Shown here in pieces: positions 32,137 through 41,351 of a stretch of 64,000 nucleotides of DNA (its first letter is position 1; every line of letters begins with the position of its first letter). Made by a program: the position numbers and the translations under genes. The notes beneath the pieces are model-generated. The model was given only the letters and a program-made list of their open reading frames with translations. It did not search any database and was not told the origin of the DNA. This DNA is from an uncultured Candidatus Saccharibacteria bacterium. Lineage in GTDB: Bacteria > Patescibacteriota > WWE3 > UBA101185 > UBA10185. The DNA is taken from the NCBI GenBank assembly GCA_964490125.1, contig CAZBAJ010000001.1:3573-67572 (forward strand), given 5' to 3'.

Positions 32137-33373
32137 AAAGAAACTTATTTTTACCTTTTTTATTATTGTCCTGTTTAGGATTTTGGCAAACATTCCTGTA
32201 CCGGGTGTTGATATTACAGCCATTAGGGCATATCTTTCTGGTAACGCGGTTTTTGGCATGTTAAACCTGTTTTCCGGCGGTGGCTTTTCTAACTTCTCCT
32301 TAATGACCCTAGGCCTTGGACCCTACATCAACGCCTCTATTATTATGCAGATTTTTACCGTCGTCATACCAAAATTAGAGGAACTTTCTAAAGAGGGTGA
32401 GTTTGGACGGGAAAAAATCAATCAGTATACTAAAATTTTAACCATTCCAATCTCGCTTTTGCAGTCGTACGGCATGTACTTTTTACTTATGAAACAAAAC
32501 ATTATTACTCCCTTGCCGGTATTAAATTTAATCGTATTTATGCTTACGCTTATGGGCGGAGCAATGCTGTTAGTTTGGCTGGGCGACTTACTAACAGAAA
32601 ACGGCATTGGTAACGGAATTTCCATGCTTATTTTTGTAGGTATTGTAGAGCGACTTCCTGCCGGCCTTTCACAATTTTACCTCATGTTAAATCCCGACAC
32701 CTTTTTAAGATCCTTACTCTTTTTGGCAGGTGCGATGGCGCTTATTTTAGGTATTGTTATGGTTAACGAGGCGGTAAGAAACATTCCGGTGGAATATGGT
32801 AGACGGGAAAGTTACAGCCAGAAAAATCCGGGGGGTGTGACTTCGTCGCTGCCTATTAAAGTCAACCAAGCGGGAGTTATACCAATAATTTTTGCAGTGT
32901 CCGTGGTTATGCTCCCGCAACTTATTGCCACACCTTTAGCTGCTTCCGGTAATGCTCTTGCAGTTCAGATTGGGAACTTTCTCCAATACAGTTTTACCAC
33001 CACATCCTTTGCCTATAACGCATTTTATTTTCTTCTGGTACTTGGTTTTACCTATTTTTATACTTCTTTCCAGTTTGACCCGGTAAAAATTGCGGACGAC
33101 ATTAAAAAGCGTGGAGGTTTTATTCCCGGCGTGCGACCGGGCAAAAACACTACGGATTATCTCCGCAAGATTATTAACCGAATTACTTTGGGTGGCGCGG
33201 TTTTTCTTGGTTCCATAGCAATTTTGCCAAATTTAGCTGGTAGTTATTTTGGTTTTGGTAATTTAGCCATTGGCGGGAGTGGGCTTTTAATTGTAGTTTC
33301 AGTTGTGTTGGAGACCGCCCGTCAGATAAAATCTGTTAAAGCCACAAAGAGTTACGAAAACTTTTTAAATTAG
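32129..33373 (+). CDS. secY: preprotein translocase subunit SecY
   Basis: 10 TM topology, conserved SecY blocks. Confidence 0.95.
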   Translation: MLKKKLIFTFFIIVLFRILANIPVPGVDITAIRAYLSGNAVFGMLNLFSGGGFSNFSLMTLGLGPYINASIIMQIFTVVIPKLEELSKEGEFGREKINQYTKILTIPISLLQSYGMYFLLMKQNIITPLPVLNLIVFMLTLMGGAMLLVWLGDLLTENGIGNGISMLIFVGIVERLPAGLSQFYLMLNPDTFLRSLLFLAGAMALILGIVMVNEAVRNIPVEYGRRESYSQKNPGGVTSSLPIKVNQAGVIPIIFAVSVVMLPQLIATPLAASGNALAVQIGNFLQYSFTTTSFAYNAFYFLLVLGFTYFYTSFQFDPVKIADDIKKRGGFIPGVRPGKNTTDYLRKIINRITLGGAVFLGSIAILPNLAGSYFGFGNLAIGGSGLLIVVSVVLETARQIKSVKATKSYENFLN

Positions 33374-33388
33374 TTTAAGAAAGGATAT

Positions 33389-33652
33389 ATGTTCGACAAA
33401 TTAAAAGACCTTAACAATTTAAGAAAAGCCCAAGCGGAAATAAAAAAGGAGTTGGAGCAAATCTATGTAGAGGCAGAAAAAGCCGGTATTAAAATTTTGG
33501 TGCGGGGTGACAAGCGGGTAGAAAAGCTAGAAATTGACGGAGTTGAAAACAAAACCCTGCGCGATTTAATAAACGACACTATGAAGGATGTGGACAAAAA
33601 GGTAGAAAAGCAAATGCGTGGTCACATGGCGGATTTGGGTTTGGATATTTAA
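33389..33652 (+). CDS. YbaB/EbfC-family nucleoid-associated protein
   Basis: 87 aa; N-terminal NLRKAQAEIKKELEQ helix and tail collinear with YbaB/EbfC. Confidence 0.65.
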   Translation: MFDKLKDLNNLRKAQAEIKKELEQIYVEAEKAGIKILVRGDKRVEKLEIDGVENKTLRDLINDTMKDVDKKVEKQMRGHMADLGLDI

Positions 33653-33673
33653 CTTCTAAAACGAGATTTAGTT

Positions 33674-33689
33674 TATAATAGATACGCCA
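33674..33689 (+). promoter_or_regulatory. TATAAT box 9 nt upstream of the first methyltransferase ATG
   Basis: TATAAT 33674-33679; ATG 33689. Confidence 0.35.
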
Positions 33690-34966
33690 TGTACAAGAAA
33701 TCTCCTGTCATACCTTTGTTTGATGATGTCAAAATAGATCAATCGTGGTCTTTTTCTGAAAAAACAAGAAAAGAAACTGCCTATATTACCCACGGTTATC
33801 ACAGATACCCTGCAAAATTTATCCCACAAATTGTTGCCAGGCTAGCGGAAGAATATACCAAATTGGACGACCTGATTGTTGACCCCTTTGGAGGTTGTGG
33901 GACAACGCTAGTGGAATCAAAAATCATGGGTAGAAATTCCATTGGAGTGGATATTAACCCCGTAGCAGTTTTAATTACCAAGGCAAAAATTACCCCACTA
34001 GAGCCAACAAAAATAGAGAAAGAGTTTTGTCTACTTAAAGATAAGATTGACGCATACAATTTGGAAAAAGAAGTAAAAGCTCCAGAACATGAGAGAATTG
34101 ATTATTGGTTTAAGCCAGAGAATAAGCGCAAACTAGCCTTTATTTTTGCCACAATTACCAAAATAACTGATCAAGATGTCCGTGACTTTTTTATCTGTGC
34201 ATTTTCTAATATATTAAAAAGTTGCTCTATTTGGTTACAAAAAAGCAATAAGCCAACACGAGACTTACACAAAAAACCTGTCGAACCTACTCTAACATTT
34301 TACAGGCAAGTTAAGGCTATGTTGCGCGGTAACGCTCGATTCTATGAACTATTGCAACAAACCAATCGTCTAGAAACATCCAGTAAGGTCTTTTGTACCG
34401 ATGCCAGAACTATTCCTACCAAAGATGGAACCGTCGATCTAATTGTTACCTCCCCGCCCTATGTTACCTCTTATGAATACGCGGATCTTCATCAACTAAC
34501 CGCTTTGTGGCTTGAACACACTAAGGATCTAAGCGATTTTAGAAAAAGATTTATTGGTACTTCTTACCATAATAAAAAGGATTTAGTTCTAAACAGTTCT
34601 ATTGCGGAAAGTATCAGAACGGATTTATTAAAAAAGGACAGAAAAACTGCTGAAGAGGTGTCAACATATTTTAGCGAAATGAACCAAGTCTTTATTGAGA
34701 TGAAACGAATTCTTAAAAAAGGTGGCAAAACTTGTATTGTGGTAGGTAATACGAGCCTTAAGGGTGTTGAGGTGCTAAACGCCGAAGTTTTTGCCGAACA
34801 ATTACAAAACTTAGGGTTAAAAATTGTAGATATTATCAAGCGGGAGATCCCTTCAAAAAATCTTCCATCGGTTAGGGATGCGAATACTGGAAAATTTGCT
34901 AAAATAGGTCAAGAGAATAAAGTTTCCGCCTACCCAACTGAATTCATCCTAATAATGGAGAGATAA
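33689..34966 (+). CDS. DNA methyltransferase (amino-MTase, probable N4-cytosine or N6-adenine), alpha-like motif order
   Basis: AdoMet motif I DPFGGCGTT at about aa 65 preceded by HRYPAKFIPQIV (HPTQKP-like); catalytic motif IV TSPPY at about aa 265. Confidence 0.75.
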   Translation: MYKKSPVIPLFDDVKIDQSWSFSEKTRKETAYITHGYHRYPAKFIPQIVARLAEEYTKLDDLIVDPFGGCGTTLVESKIMGRNSIGVDINPVAVLITKAKITPLEPTKIEKEFCLLKDKIDAYNLEKEVKAPEHERIDYWFKPENKRKLAFIFATITKITDQDVRDFFICAFSNILKSCSIWLQKSNKPTRDLHKKPVEPTLTFYRQVKAMLRGNARFYELLQQTNRLETSSKVFCTDARTIPTKDGTVDLIVTSPPYVTSYEYADLHQLTALWLEHTKDLSDFRKRFIGTSYHNKKDLVLNSSIAESIRTDLLKKDRKTAEEVSTYFSEMNQVFIEMKRILKKGGKTCIVVGNTSLKGVEVLNAEVFAEQLQNLGLKIVDIIKREIPSKNLPSVRDANTGKFAKIGQENKVSAYPTEFILIMER

Positions 34967-34969
34967 AAC

Positions 34970-35665
34970 ATGATTAATTATAGCCAAAATTTTCAAGAAA
35001 TTGTGGTTCCACTCGTGAATCAATTTGCAGAAAAATACGGATACGATCAAGTGCATAAGTATTTTTTCGACATACTTGATGACACAAAAGATAGATATCA
35101 ATTAGCTTGTCAAAAAGACAAAGGTCAAAGTTGGAGAAATGAAAGCGGAACAATGTTAGAAAATATGGTCATATATTTTATACAAGAAGAGGTTAAAAAA
35201 ATGGGTTATGACTTAGTGTCCGACGAACAGATAAAAAAGGCGTCTCAAGGTGATGGAATAATGAGTAAGGTGTACCGTAATATAGTCGTCCGTTATGGGG
35301 ATTACTTAGTTATTCCTGATGGAGATATTGTTATTTATAAACCTAGTGATGGGAATGTGGTAGCTATCATCTCTTGTAAAAACTCTTTGCGGGAGCGGTA
35401 TGCTCAATCTCTATACTGGAAACTCAAACTTTCGCTAGATCCAATAACAAAACCAATCAAGATGTATTTTATAACGATAGACAAAGAGAAAGGCAAAAAA
35501 CCTGAATTGGATATTAACAGCAAAAACGGTCGCCCTACAAAATCAAGAATTTTATTGGAACATGAGATGGACGGTGTCTATGTTGGTAGAGAGTTAAAGG
35601 ATACCAGCGATAAAATAAAAGAATTCAATAAATTTATCGATGATTTGAGAAAGCTACTGAAATAA
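34970..35665 (+). CDS. hypothetical protein, candidate restriction endonuclease of the cassette
   Basis: 4 nt after MTase stop; weak PD..(S)xK-like stretch VIPDGDIVIYK...ISCK; no recognisable family. Confidence 0.35.
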   Translation: MINYSQNFQEIVVPLVNQFAEKYGYDQVHKYFFDILDDTKDRYQLACQKDKGQSWRNESGTMLENMVIYFIQEEVKKMGYDLVSDEQIKKASQGDGIMSKVYRNIVVRYGDYLVIPDGDIVIYKPSDGNVVAIISCKNSLRERYAQSLYWKLKLSLDPITKPIKMYFITIDKEKGKKPELDINSKNGRPTKSRILLEHEMDGVYVGRELKDTSDKIKEFNKFIDDLRKLLK

Positions 35666-35669
35666 ATCA

Positions 35670-36068
35670 ATGGAGCAACTACTTTTACAACTTGGATTAG
35701 GGATTACCTCAAATGTTATCTACGATCTTATAAAGGATTTTTTCTCTAAAAATCCCAAAGCAGACAAATCGCAACTACAAAATAGATTAGCCTCTTTTCT
35801 TAATATTCAAAACGCCAATGTAGTGGCAGATAGCATCATTACCTTTTTAGCTAAGAATGGGGATATAAGAATTGAGGGAACAAGTATTTATGCGAACGAC
35901 TCTATATCGATGTTTTCATCGCAAAATACAAAATTTACTTTCGGTAACACTAGCTCAAGTACAACAAAAAATACACGAATCGAAATTGGTGGTGGTGCCT
36001 TTATTCAAGGACAGTGCGGTGCGGGTGTGAAACAGAATAAGGATGGAAGTATGGTTTTTTATGCTTAA
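35670..36068 (+). CDS. hypothetical protein (S/T/N-rich C-terminal half)
   Basis: ORF of 132 aa tightly packed between cassette genes; no recognisable motif. Confidence 0.4.
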   Translation: MEQLLLQLGLGITSNVIYDLIKDFFSKNPKADKSQLQNRLASFLNIQNANVVADSIITFLAKNGDIRIEGTSIYANDSISMFSSQNTKFTFGNTSSSTTKNTRIEIGGGAFIQGQCGAGVKQNKDGSMVFYA

Positions 36069-36070
36069 TT

Positions 36071-36742
36071 ATGGAAATTGAATCAACAACACTTTGGGAT
36101 TTTCCCAAACAAAATTATGGAGGTATCCCTCATGGGGATAACAAATACAATGGGGTTACGCCTGCCCAGGTAATATGGAATTTACTGCAGAGATACACTA
36201 AAGAGGGTGATTTAGTTGTGGATCCTATGTGCGGGAGTGGTACAACCATCGATGTTGCTAAAGAATTAAATAGAAAGGTAATTGGTTACGATCTAAATGT
36301 TACAAGGTCCGATGTCATTAAAAACGACTCTCGTAAAATACCTCTTGAAAATAATTCCGTGGATTTTGTTTTTATTGATTCGCCTTATTCCGACAATATT
36401 AATTATTCCGCTAATAAAGAATGTATTGGCAAAATATCCTGTGAGAAAACGGAATTTTATGATGAATTAGAAAAAGTTGCTGAGGAAATCCATAGGATAT
36501 TAAAGCCTGGGAAAGTAATGGGTTGGGTTATTGCAGATCAATGGGTTAAAAAGAAATTTACTCCCGTTGGATTTTTACTGTGGCAAAGGTTAGAAAAATA
36601 TTTTGAACCAGTCGATCTGATTTGTTTAACAAGAAAGAACCAAACCTCTAATACACCTGTCTGGCATGAGAGGGCACGCTTATACAATTTTTATCTGCGT
36701 GGATTTAAATATCTGTTTATTATGAGAAAAGTAAAACAATGA
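36071..36742 (+). CDS. second, compact DNA methyltransferase paralogous to 33689..34966
   Basis: WDF...HG...YTKEGDLVVDPMCGSGTT (motif I) aligns residue-by-residue with WSF...HG...YTKLDDLIVDPFGGCGTT of the first MTase; motif IV-like FIDSPYSDNINY. Confidence 0.65.
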   Translation: MEIESTTLWDFPKQNYGGIPHGDNKYNGVTPAQVIWNLLQRYTKEGDLVVDPMCGSGTTIDVAKELNRKVIGYDLNVTRSDVIKNDSRKIPLENNSVDFVFIDSPYSDNINYSANKECIGKISCEKTEFYDELEKVAEEIHRILKPGKVMGWVIADQWVKKKFTPVGFLLWQRLEKYFEPVDLICLTRKNQTSNTPVWHERARLYNFYLRGFKYLFIMRKVKQ

Positions 36743-37350
36743 AAATTTTATTACTAGGTCCACAAGGTTGCGGAAAAGGAACAATTGGGCAGATGCTTGC
36801 CGAGCGGATGGGGATTCCTTTGCTTTCTGTGGGGGAAATGTTGCGGTCGGTGGAGATGTCGTCCCAGTATTATCAAAAAGTCCAAGAAGACACTAAAAAC
36901 GGCGTTTTGGTGGCGGAAGAAATTGTTGTCGCTCTGCTAAAAGAGGAGCTTGCTAAAGAAAAGTATAAAAATGGGGTTATTTTTGACGGATGGTGCAGGC
37001 GAATGAGTGATCTTGAGGCGTTTGATCCGGGTTTTGATTTTGTAATCGTGCTTGAACTGTCGCGCGAGACCTCTATTAAAAGAATCAGTGGGCGTAGGCT
37101 ATGCCAGGTTGACGGAAAAACCTATAACATTTTAACTTTGCCCAAAGAGGAACTGGCAAAATGTCCAGGCAGGTTAATTCAGCGGGAGGACGACACGGAA
37201 GAAGCGGTAAAAAAGCGGTTAGAAATTTATTACACGCAGACGCAGGAAGTCGTGGATTATTTTGACAAGTTGGGCAGGACAATTCATATTAACGCCGAAC
37301 CTTTGCCGGGTGTCATTTTTACGGATTTGATTAATAAATTAGGAGAATAA
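36739..37350 (+). CDS. adk: adenylate kinase
   Basis: GPQGCGKGT P-loop, LID region. Confidence 0.95.
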   Translation: MKILLLGPQGCGKGTIGQMLAERMGIPLLSVGEMLRSVEMSSQYYQKVQEDTKNGVLVAEEIVVALLKEELAKEKYKNGVIFDGWCRRMSDLEAFDPGFDFVIVLELSRETSIKRISGRRLCQVDGKTYNILTLPKEELAKCPGRLIQREDDTEEAVKKRLEIYYTQTQEVVDYFDKLGRTIHINAEPLPGVIFTDLINKLGE

Positions 37351-37359
37351 CTTAACCTC

Positions 37360-37397
37360 TTGAAATCGACTATAAAAATTGGTATATTCCTTACCTA
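37360..37397 (+). promoter_or_regulatory. promoter TTGAAA-17-TGgTATATT for MazF-like gene, ATG at predicted TSS (leaderless)
   Basis: -35 37360-65, TG 37380-81, -10 37383-88, ATG 37397. Confidence 0.5.
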
Positions 37398-37846
37398 TGG
37401 TAGTTGATATTAAGCTTTTTGACATATGGAATGTATTAAAGAAAAAGATACACCAAAGAATTGATGTTAGGTATTTTAGAGAAGGACAGATTTGGTGGTG
37501 CTACATTGGGCAGAATGTCGGATCCGAAACCTATGGTAAAGGTGATAAATTTATCCGCCCAGTGTTGATTTTTAGAAAACTATCTCCAAATCTATTTTTA
37601 GGAATACCCATTACTAGCAAAGATAGATCTGGTAGTTGGTATAGTTTGTTAACGAGTAAATCTACTAAACAGGTTGCTATGTTATATCAGGCAAGGGTGA
37701 TGGATCGCAAAAGGCTTTCTAATCGAATGATGGAAATATCGGAAAAGGAAATGGAGAGGTTAGAGGTCGACCTTATTAGTCTTTGGTCCAGGGGGAAATA
37801 TTCACCCCGCCTTACGGCGGGGATCAAAGGGTTACCCCTAAAGTAA
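37397..37846 (+). CDS. MazF/PemK-like toxin-fold protein (putative endoribonuclease), no adjacent antitoxin
   Basis: GQIWWCYIGQNVGSE..., LGIPITSKDRS collinear with MazF blocks (G-IWxVDFxPxxGSE ... VPxTS); AT-rich; own promoter. Confidence 0.55.
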   Translation: MVVDIKLFDIWNVLKKKIHQRIDVRYFREGQIWWCYIGQNVGSETYGKGDKFIRPVLIFRKLSPNLFLGIPITSKDRSGSWYSLLTSKSTKQVAMLYQARVMDRKRLSNRMMEISEKEMERLEVDLISLWSRGKYSPRLTAGIKGLPLK

Positions 37847-37887
37847 GAATATTGTATGCTAAGTAGGTGTTTTTGTCAAAATAATTT

Positions 37888-38622
37888 ATGATCCTTATTA
37901 AATCGTCACAAGAAATAGAGGCCATGTTAGAAAGTGGCAAAATTGCCAGAAAAGCCATAGACGAGGCGGTTAAGCAGGCACGGGTTGGAATGACGACTAT
38001 GGAGCTTAACAATTTGGCGGAAAAAGTCATTGTAGACGCCGGGGGTAAGCCGTGTTTTAAAGGCTTTGAGGGCTTTCCCACCGCTACCTGTATAAATATT
38101 AACGAAGGCATTGTCCACGGTCTGCCGGGAAAATATCAAATGAAGTCTGGGGATATAGTAAGCGTAGATTTAGGCGTTTTATACAAAGGTATGTATAGCG
38201 ATGTATCAGAGTCGTTTGAGCTAGAAACCAACCTCCAAAAACGGTTTCTCTACTTTGGTAGAAAAGCATTGGAACTTGCCATCGAGTCCTGCGTCATAGG
38301 CAACCACATTGGGGATATTTCCTACGCCATCCAGTCCACCTTAAAACACGCCGGTTACACAGTTACCAAAGATTTAGCAGGTCATGGCGTGGGTCGGGAG
38401 CTTCATGAGGATCCGTATGTAGAATGCTTTGGTCGACGCGGAAAGGGGCATGAAATCAAGGAAAACATGACTTTTGCTATAGAAGTTATCTACCAAAAAG
38501 GTCGACCAGAATTAAAGTTAGATAAGGACGGCTGGACATTAAAGACCGCGGATGGTAGTCTTGCAGGACTTTTTGAAAAGAGCGTGGCGGTAACAAGGCA
38601 AGGACCACTTGTTTTAACCTGA
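37888..38622 (+). CDS. map: methionine aminopeptidase type I
   Basis: pita-bread fold metal ligands D..D..H..E..E pattern, length 244 aa. Confidence 0.95.
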   Translation: MILIKSSQEIEAMLESGKIARKAIDEAVKQARVGMTTMELNNLAEKVIVDAGGKPCFKGFEGFPTATCININEGIVHGLPGKYQMKSGDIVSVDLGVLYKGMYSDVSESFELETNLQKRFLYFGRKALELAIESCVIGNHIGDISYAIQSTLKHAGYTVTKDLAGHGVGRELHEDPYVECFGRRGKGHEIKENMTFAIEVIYQKGRPELKLDKDGWTLKTADGSLAGLFEKSVAVTRQGPLVLT

Positions 38623-38648
38623 TAAGTCTGGTAAAATCTTGCGGTTGC

Positions 38649-38861
38649 ATGAGTAAAGAGCTAGTTACAAAGGACGGAATAGTTAGGGAAGCCCTTCAGG
38701 GCGGACTTTTCCGTGTAGAGTTGCAGGACGGGACCTTAATTTTAGCGGTACTTTCGGGCAAAACCCGCAAGTTTCACATAAGGATACTTCCAGGCGACAG
38801 AGTCAAAATGGAGTTTTCTCCTCACGACTTAACCAGAGGAAGGATTTCTTACCGACTTTAG
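38649..38861 (+). CDS. infA: translation initiation factor IF-1
   Basis: 70 aa S1-like, [19 protein letters not shown]. Confidence 0.95.
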   Translation: MSKELVTKDGIVREALQGGLFRVELQDGTLILAVLSGKTRKFHIRILPGDRVKMEFSPHDLTRGRISYRL

Positions 38862-38904
38862 AAGTCGACCAAAAGAATAAGTAGAGGAAAGAAACAAACT
38901 TGAT

Positions 38905-39021
38905 ATGAAAGTTAGAGCGTCAGTTAAAAAAATGTGTAGGGACTGCAAAGTTATAAAGCGCAAAGGCGTTATTAGGGTGGTATGTAAAAGAAACCCTAAG
39001 CATAAGCAGAGGCAAGGTTAA
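38905..39021 (+). CDS. rpmJ: 50S ribosomal protein L36
   Basis: translates to [38 protein letters not shown] (38 aa, C-x2-C...C zinc ribbon); below ORF-track length cutoff. Confidence 0.85.
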   Translation: MKVRASVKKMCRDCKVIKRKGVIRVVCKRNPKHKQRQG

Positions 39022-39023
39022 TT

Positions 39024-39413
39024 ATGGCACGACTTGTTGGGGTGGACATCCCAAATCAAAAGCGACTTGAGGCAAGTTTGCAGTATATTTACGGCGTAGG
39101 CGCAACTTTGGCTAAGAAGATTGTTGCCACCGCCCAAATGAGTCCGAATATTAGAGTGTCACAACTTACGGAAGCCGACTTAGCAAAGTTAAGAAACGCT
39201 ATTACGGAATTAAAAATTCCAGTTGAGGGAGAGTTAAGGCGGGTAGTTGGTCAAAATGTTAGACGGCTTCAGGAAATTAAAAGTTACCGGGGCGATAGAC
39301 ATAAAAAGGGTTTGCCAGTAAGAGGTCAACGGACTAGAACTAACGCGAGAATTAGAAAAGGTAAAAAGAAGACGGTTGGCGGAATTAAGAAGAAATCGGC
39401 AGCCAAGACTTAA
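39024..39413 (+). CDS. rpsM: 30S ribosomal protein S13
   Basis: MARLVGVDIP... S13 signature. Confidence 0.95.
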   Translation: MARLVGVDIPNQKRLEASLQYIYGVGATLAKKIVATAQMSPNIRVSQLTEADLAKLRNAITELKIPVEGELRRVVGQNVRRLQEIKSYRGDRHKKGLPVRGQRTRTNARIRKGKKKTVGGIKKKSAAKT

Positions 39414-39439
39414 CGATGTTAGCAATGATCTAAAAAACT

Positions 39440-39814
39440 ATGGCAAGAAAAGCACAAAAAAAGCAAATACCGCAAAGTGGCAAAGCCTACATTGTAACGG
39501 GGTTTAATAACACTATTGTTACTTTAACGGATCTTAACGGCAACGCGCTTTTTTCCGGCAGTGCTGGAGGCGTAGGTTTTAAGGGGTCCAGAAAACCCAC
39601 CCCGTACGCGGCTACCAAAGCAGTAGAAGAAACAGCCAAACGGGCTTATGATGCAGGTCTTAAAGAAGTTGCGGTTTTTGTAAAAGGCGCAGGAGCGGGA
39701 CGGGTTGCCGGTATTAAAGCCTTAAAGACCGCGGGTTTGCGGGTAACGGCAATTTCCGACATTACGCCAGTACCGCACAATGGTTGTAGGCCAAAGCATA
39801 AGAGGAAGGTTTAA
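39440..39814 (+). CDS. rpsK: 30S ribosomal protein S11
   Basis: S11 family core. Confidence 0.95.
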   Translation: MARKAQKKQIPQSGKAYIVTGFNNTIVTLTDLNGNALFSGSAGGVGFKGSRKPTPYAATKAVEETAKRAYDAGLKEVAVFVKGAGAGRVAGIKALKTAGLRVTAISDITPVPHNGCRPKHKRKV

Positions 39815-39823
39815 GTACTAAAT

Positions 39824-40426
39824 ATGTCAAGATACACAGAAGCAAAATGTAGACTATGTAGACGGGAGGGCGCCAAGCTCTACTTAAAGGGTATTAGGTG
39901 TGAAAGCGAAAAGTGCGCTTTTAATAAACGCCAGCAAGCTCCCGGTCAACACGGTACTTCCCGCAGAAGACTTTCCACCTACGGACTCCAGCTTAGAGAA
40001 AAACAAAAAGCCAAAAGAATTTACGGCATTTTAGAAAAACAATTTGCCAGTTATGTAGCCAAAGCTATGAAGACCAAGGGCGTAACCGGTGAAGAACTTT
40101 TACGCCTGTTAGAATTGCGCTTTGACAATATGGTTTACCGGGCGGGCTTTGCCGTATCACGGGCGCAGGCAAGACAGTATATCCGCAGGAACTTTTTTAC
40201 AATTAACGGAAAAGTGTGTAATATTCCATCCGCGCAGTTAAAGTCAGGGTATACTATTAAGCCGGTCGACTTTAGTAAGCTGTCGCCCAGAGAAGGTTTT
40301 ACCTTACCGGAGTGGCTAACTGCCGATCTTAAACAAAAGTCTATTACTTTAGCCAGACTTCCGGAAACAGAAGATCTGCCTAGCGATTTTAATGTCCAAA
40401 TGATTGTTGAATTTTATTCCAGATAA
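39824..40426 (+). CDS. rpsD: 30S ribosomal protein S4
   Basis: S4 zinc-ribbon region and S4 RNA-binding domain. Confidence 0.95.
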   Translation: MSRYTEAKCRLCRREGAKLYLKGIRCESEKCAFNKRQQAPGQHGTSRRRLSTYGLQLREKQKAKRIYGILEKQFASYVAKAMKTKGVTGEELLRLLELRFDNMVYRAGFAVSRAQARQYIRRNFFTINGKVCNIPSAQLKSGYTIKPVDFSKLSPREGFTLPEWLTADLKQKSITLARLPETEDLPSDFNVQMIVEFYSR

Positions 40427-40436
40427 GGAGGAATTT

Positions 40437-41351
40437 ATGCTAACAGCAAATGATTTAAAAATAGTTAAAGTCCTAGAAGAAGGATCTAGCGGTGTTTTTA
40501 CTTTTGAGCCGTTGCCACTTGGCTTTGGTAATACTTTAGGTAACACGCTCCGTAGAGTGTTGTATACCTCACTTGAGGGTGCAGCGTTAACTCAAGCAAA
40601 AATTACCGGTGTGGTCCATCAATTTTCCACAATTCCGGGTGTAAAAGAGGATGTGGTGGAAGTTTCCTTAAATCTAAAGCAGGTTAGGGTAAAACTGCAC
40701 ACTAAAAATCCGGTAATCGGGTCTATCAGCAAAAAAGGACCTGGGGTTGTTACAGCTGGCGACATTGATTTTCCGTCCGATGCTGAAGTTGTTAATAAAG
40801 ACTTAGTTTTAGCCACGCTTTCCGATTCCAAAGCCAGATTTGAGGCAGAGGTTGTGGTTGAGCCGGGCGTGGGCTATTCTCCGGTAGAGGAACGGGAAAC
40901 CTCTAAAGTAGGGGTAATTTTACTTGACTGCGTGTTCTCTCCTGTTGTTAGGGTTAGTTATTCCGTGGAGCCTGCCAGATTTGGCAAACGGGTAGATTTA
41001 GACAAATTGACGCTAAAAGTAGAGACTGACGGAACACTTTCCCCATGGGAAGCTGTTTCAAAATCCGCCGACCTGTTGACGGAGTTTTTTGGCTTTGTTG
41101 CTAAAGGTGGCATAGAGGTAGAAGATTCTACGGGAGAGGTGGTCGGCGGTTCAAAAGTCGACAAAAAAAGTCTTAATGTAGAGGATTTACCGGTTTCTAA
41201 TAGGGCCATTAATGCGCTTAAAAAGTTTGGGCTTAAGACGCTAAAAGACATAGCGGACATGACAGACAGCCAAATTGCCGACATCAAAAACCTGGGCGAA
41301 AAATCGGTAACCGAGATCATGGAGTTACTTAAAAAGGAAGGTTTTAGATAA
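40437..41351 (+). CDS. rpoA: DNA-directed RNA polymerase subunit alpha
   Basis: NTD dimerisation and CTD (NRAINALKK) motifs; ATG 40437 preceded by AGGAGG. Confidence 0.95.
   Translation: MLTANDLKIVKVLEEGSSGVFTFEPLPLGFGNTLGNTLRRVLYTSLEGAALTQAKITGVVHQFSTIPGVKEDVVEVSLNLKQVRVKLHTKNPVIGSISKKGPGVVTAGDIDFPSDAEVVNKDLVLATLSDSKARFEAEVVVEPGVGYSPVEERETSKVGVILLDCVFSPVVRVSYSVEPARFGKRVDLDKLTLKVETDGTLSPWEAVSKSADLLTEFFGFVAKGGIEVEDSTGEVVGGSKVDKKSLNVEDLPVSNRAINALKKFGLKTLKDIADMTDSQIADIKNLGEKSVTEIMELLKKEGFR

Noticed and set aside
36739-37350. Adenylate kinase as part of the inserted cassette
   Set aside because: adk has backbone-like composition and classic P-loop/LID features and belongs to the conserved secY-adk-map order; the insert ends at its start codon.
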